A stretch of 38,358 nt of DNA from Octopus bimaculoides (taxonomy: Eukaryota): assembly GCF_001194135.2 (NCBI RefSeq), contig NC_068996.1, positions 9,222,407-9,260,764 of the forward strand, given 5' to 3'. Positions 34,772 through 38,358 of the stretch are shown here, one piece after another. Under the pieces are notes generated by a model that had not been told where the DNA came from, did not search any database, and saw only the letters and a list, made by a program, of their open reading frames with translations. The number at the start of each line of letters is the position of its first letter. Position 1 is the first letter of the stretch. The position numbers were made by a program, and so were the translations under genes.

Positions 34772-36003
34772 GAATCTAGTCTTTCTCATTCGCAAAATGA
34801 GCCCCCTTTAATTTTGCTCAGATTGCTTTCAATTTTGGTGTATCAATGCAACTCTGAATTTTGATTATGATCAACCAATTACTTTATCTCATAAATTAAA
34901 GAACCTGATGTTATTTGGAATTAAAGTTGGGAAATTTGGATAATTTTAGCCAATCAACAGACAGCGTGGCATTAGCAGCTTGTTACCATAACAGCTACAC
35001 AGTGTTGTGGTTCACTGTTCTCTGTGCCACTGTCTATGTTGATTTAACCCGCGTGTTTTGTTTTAATTTTTCTGTGTGTTTGTATATTACATATTTTTCT
35101 GTGCTTCTGTGTGTTAGTATTTTAATATATTTTTCATTTTATATATTTTTGGCACTCATTGACTCAGATAGCTGGATTTATGATTTCACTAGGTTAATTC
35201 TATTCATAAAAATTTTAATTAGGAGTATTTCTTAAAACTGTTAGCTTTACATTTCAACAGCTTAACTGAAATTTAGCCCACTTTACAGAAACTGAGATAG
35301 ATATCGTGGAACAGAGAAACTGTGGGTGATACAGATAATTTGACATTATTTTTGAATTCTGCATGCAAAAACGTATAGAATACAGGAATTCTTTTTCTTG
35401 AGACAAGTTCTTTGTTGACCAGTGTTATGCTTATCGTAGTTTACATATCCAAGCATGAAAACGTTACTCAACTTTGGAGATTTGGTGACAGACGCCCCCT
35501 TTTCACATACACACACATGCACTTATATATTAATGATGTACATAAATACATGGCAGGTATACATAATACTGAAGTATGCATAAAGTAAACACATGCAGAC
35601 AAATATATTAATACAACAAATTTTTTAAAATGATAAAAACATACAACTAATGAAGAGACAAAAGAAAAGTAAGGTGATACATGTTGATTTTTTTTAGGTA
35701 TTTCTGTTTATTTAGAAACCTACAATGAACAAGTTAGATGCTAAACTATAAATTTCACAGGGTATAACCTTAAAGTTCACACCACTTCACTAAATGCAGA
35801 AAATTTCTGTTTCACTATTGGTTAAAAATACCCTTTTTTTTTCGATTTTTAAACCTCTGTAACTTTTTTCTCCAATTTTTTTCTCCACAACATCAAACCT
35901 TCAAAGCAATGAGGCTAGAAGGCTACATTATTATAGCCGATTTTCAGATTTTTTCACTTCCTTTTAAAACATGCACATTTTGCGAATGAAAAAAACTAGA
36001 TCC
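34772..36003. mobile_element. Non-autonomous DNA transposon with 28-bp TIRs and 8-bp TSD (Merlin-like ends)
   Basis: TIRs GAATCTAGTCTTTCTCATTCGCAAAATG (34772-34799) and CATTTTGCGAATGAAAAAAACTAGATCC (35976-36003), 25/28 match; perfect TTACATGG on both sides. Confidence 0.8.
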
Positions 36004-36053
36004 TTACATGGCCTGTTGAACTTGAGAAACAGAAGGAATATGTTTTAATCAGA

Positions 36054-36443
36054 GGCATAGGAGTGGCTGTGTGGTAAGTAGCTTGCTTACTAACCACATG
36101 GTTCTGGGTTCATTCCCACTGCGTAGCACCTTGGGCAAATTGTCTTCTACTATAGCCTCGGGCCACCCAAAGCCTTGTCAGTGGATTTGGTAGACGGAAA
36201 CTGAAAGAAGCCCGTCGTATATATGTATATACATATATATATGTATGCGTGTGTATATGTTTGTGTGTCTGTGTTTGTCCCCCCAACATTGCTTGACAAC
36301 TGATGCTGGTGTGTTTATGTCACCGTAACTTAGCAGTTCGGCAAAAAGAGACCAATAGATTAAGTACTAGGCTCACAAAGAATAAGTCCTGGGGTCGATT
36401 TGCTCAACTAAAGGCGGTGCTCCAGCATGGTCGCAGTCAAATG
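36054..36443 (+). mobile_element. SINE family A, tail truncated
   Basis: GGCATAGGAGTGGCTGTGTGG head through CAGTCAAATG. Confidence 0.95.
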
Positions 36444-36480
36444 GTGGGTTTATCTATCACATCAAGAGGACAATGTAACT

Positions 36481-36811
36481 CTGTGGTCCTCAACCATTTT
36501 TTTTTACCTATGATTCCCTTTGATTCCTATTTAACGCAGTTGGACCCTTCTAACCATTCAATGTTTGAGAAATCCTATTATATTTTTAGAATTAAATATC
36601 ATCAGTATTACTCTTTTACTTGTTTCAGTCATTTGACTGCGGCCATGCTGGAGCACCGCCTTTAGTCAAGAAAATCAACCCCAGGACTTATTCTTTGTAA
36701 GCCTAGTACTTATTCTATCGGTCTCTTTTTGCCGAACTGCTAAGTTACAGGGACATAAACACAACAGCATCGGTTGTAAAGCGATGGTAGGGGGACAAAC
36801 ACAGACACATA

Positions 36812-36863
<52 letters not shown>

Positions 36864-37152
36864 AATATATACAACGGGCTTCTTTCAGTTTCCGTCTGCC
36901 AAATCCACTCACAAGGCTCTGGTCGGCCCGAGGCTATAGCAGAAGACACTTGCCCAAGGTGCCAGGCACTGGGACTGAACCCGGAACCATGTGGTTGGTA
37001 AGCAAGCTACTTACCACACAGCCACTGCTGCACCTATAAAACATTTTTTTTTCCTATTGTAGAATTATAACCAATTTATTGCTCATAAATTTTTGCAACA
37101 AAATCTTATCTAAACCCCCAAAGGGTCATGTGAACCTGGTTGAGACCGACTA
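36481..37152. mobile_element. hAT-type MITE split by a SINE A insertion
   Basis: Ends CTGTGGTCCTCAACC / GGTTGAGACCGACTA (CAGTGGTTCTCAACC-like); flanks ATGTAACT and ATGTAATG (6/8). Confidence 0.65.
36611..37034 (-). mobile_element. SINE family A, full length, nested
   Basis: Close match to other copies. Confidence 0.96.
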
Positions 37153-37865
37153 ATGTAATGTGTGGCAGAGTTGGCTGCTACTTCTAGCTGGTTCAACAAA
37201 TGACTAAATTATATGGTAGGTATTAGCTAATAAAATACCCTGCAGGGTCAGAAGCCTTAATGTTTGTTGCCATACCATNNNNNNNNNNNNNNNNNNNNNN
37301 NNNNNNNNNNNNNNNNNNNGGGGGGTGAAGAGGGAGAAGGGGAGGCAGGGTTTCTGGATGGACACATCAATACTCCTCCCTCCCTCCCTCCCACTTCCAA
37401 CTATGGCTACCATTGCAAGCCACCTCTCTCTCTCTGTCTTTCTCTCTCCCACCACACATCCCCATCCCACACCCCCTCATTGTTGACCTGCTGCTACTGT
37501 GACCCACTGACCTCTACTTCCTCTTACCCTAGTGAAACATTGACACTGTCACCCTCATCCTGATTCATCTCCCCAAACATCTTTCCTCCTCCCCTCCCCA
37601 CTATCACCAGCACCACCACCAATTATTCTGGGGGTCTTTTCTCTGAAACAACTTCCTGTTGAATGAGCTGCCTGTGTGTGGTATGTAGTAAGTAATTATA
37701 TGTCTGGGTGATGTGGTGGTGGTGGCGGTGGTGGTGGTGGTGATGGTGGTGGTGGTGGTTGTGGTGTTTCATGGAAGGTGTCTGGTGTGATCCCTTCCTG
37801 ATAAGCTGCTCTGCTGAGAAGGTTCAGTTGGCCTAGATTTTATATGCATGTGTGTGTATATATTG

Positions 37866-38036
37866 TTACTTGTTTCAGGTCATTTAACTGTGGCCATGCT
37901 GGAGCACTGCCTTGAAGGGTGCTAGTATTTATTCTATTGGTCCCTTTTGCCAAACTGCTAAGTTATGAGAACATAAACACACCAGCATGGGCTGTCAAGT
38001 GATGGTGGGGGGTGACAGACACACACACACACACAC
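37866..38036 (-). mobile_element. SINE A-related 3' half (CTTGAAGGG variant)
   Basis: TTACTTGTTTCAGGTCATTT...GGAGCACTGCCTTGAAGGG...AAACACACCAGC. Confidence 0.75.
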
Positions 38037-38038
38037 AA

Positions 38039-38358
38039 GACTCGTTCCTCTCTTTCGTTCAATCTTTCCATCCTGCCCTCCACTTCTCCTGTACTGTCTC
38101 TGACACCTCTGTCCCCTTTCTCGACATTTCGGTCAGCATCCTCCACTCCGCCCTTAGCACCTCCATCCACTACAAACACACAGACTCACACTCCTATCTC
38201 AACTTCTCCTCCTCCCACCCTAGACACACAAAACTTTCCATCCCCTATTCCCAATTCCTCGGTCGTCTACGCAGACTTTGTAGCGACAGCCATGACTTTG
38301 AGACTCAGTCTCAACTCATGGCTCACCACTTTAGCCTGCGTGGATATCCACCCACCAC
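38039..38358 (+). mobile_element. Penelope-like retroelement reverse transcriptase/thumb fragment, open to the window end
   Basis: DSFLSFVQSFHPALHFSCTVSDTSVPFLDISVSILHSALSTSIHYKHTDSHSYLNFSSSHPRHTKLSIPYSQFLGRLRRLCSDSHDFETQSQLMAHHFSLRGYPPT; FLD, YK.TD...YL, SSHP, IPYSQF.R..R.CS and RGYP are PLE motifs. Confidence 0.9.

Overview
AT-rich, repeat-dense eukaryotic (metazoan) DNA with many N gaps next to (TA)n/(CA)n microsatellites. The SINE families look, from memory, like those of Octopus (coleoid cephalopod); this species call is an inference. No rRNA, true tRNA gene or CRISPR array is supported. The window appears to be mostly intron of one + strand protein-coding gene of unrecognised family: one strong exon at 4821-5372 and three weaker, phase-compatible candidates at 14689-14767, 15241-15448 and 16066-16105. 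The rest is mobile-element relics: several tRNA-derived SINE families, a full-length dead DD34D mariner, two Tc1 relics (one with 36-residue catalytic spacing), pogo/Tigger-, hAT- and piggyBac-type MITEs, a 1.2-kb non-autonomous element with Merlin-like ends, an R4/Dong-like LINE tail inside a (TAA)n tract, and Penelope-like retroelement pieces. The most notable unannotated signal is a set of hammerhead-ribozyme folds. One is nearly intact (33462-33524) and three are more decayed (3412-3447, 17769-17804, 33232-33280), in a window that also holds an open Penelope RT fragment. All calls were read by eye; no database searches or folding programs were run.
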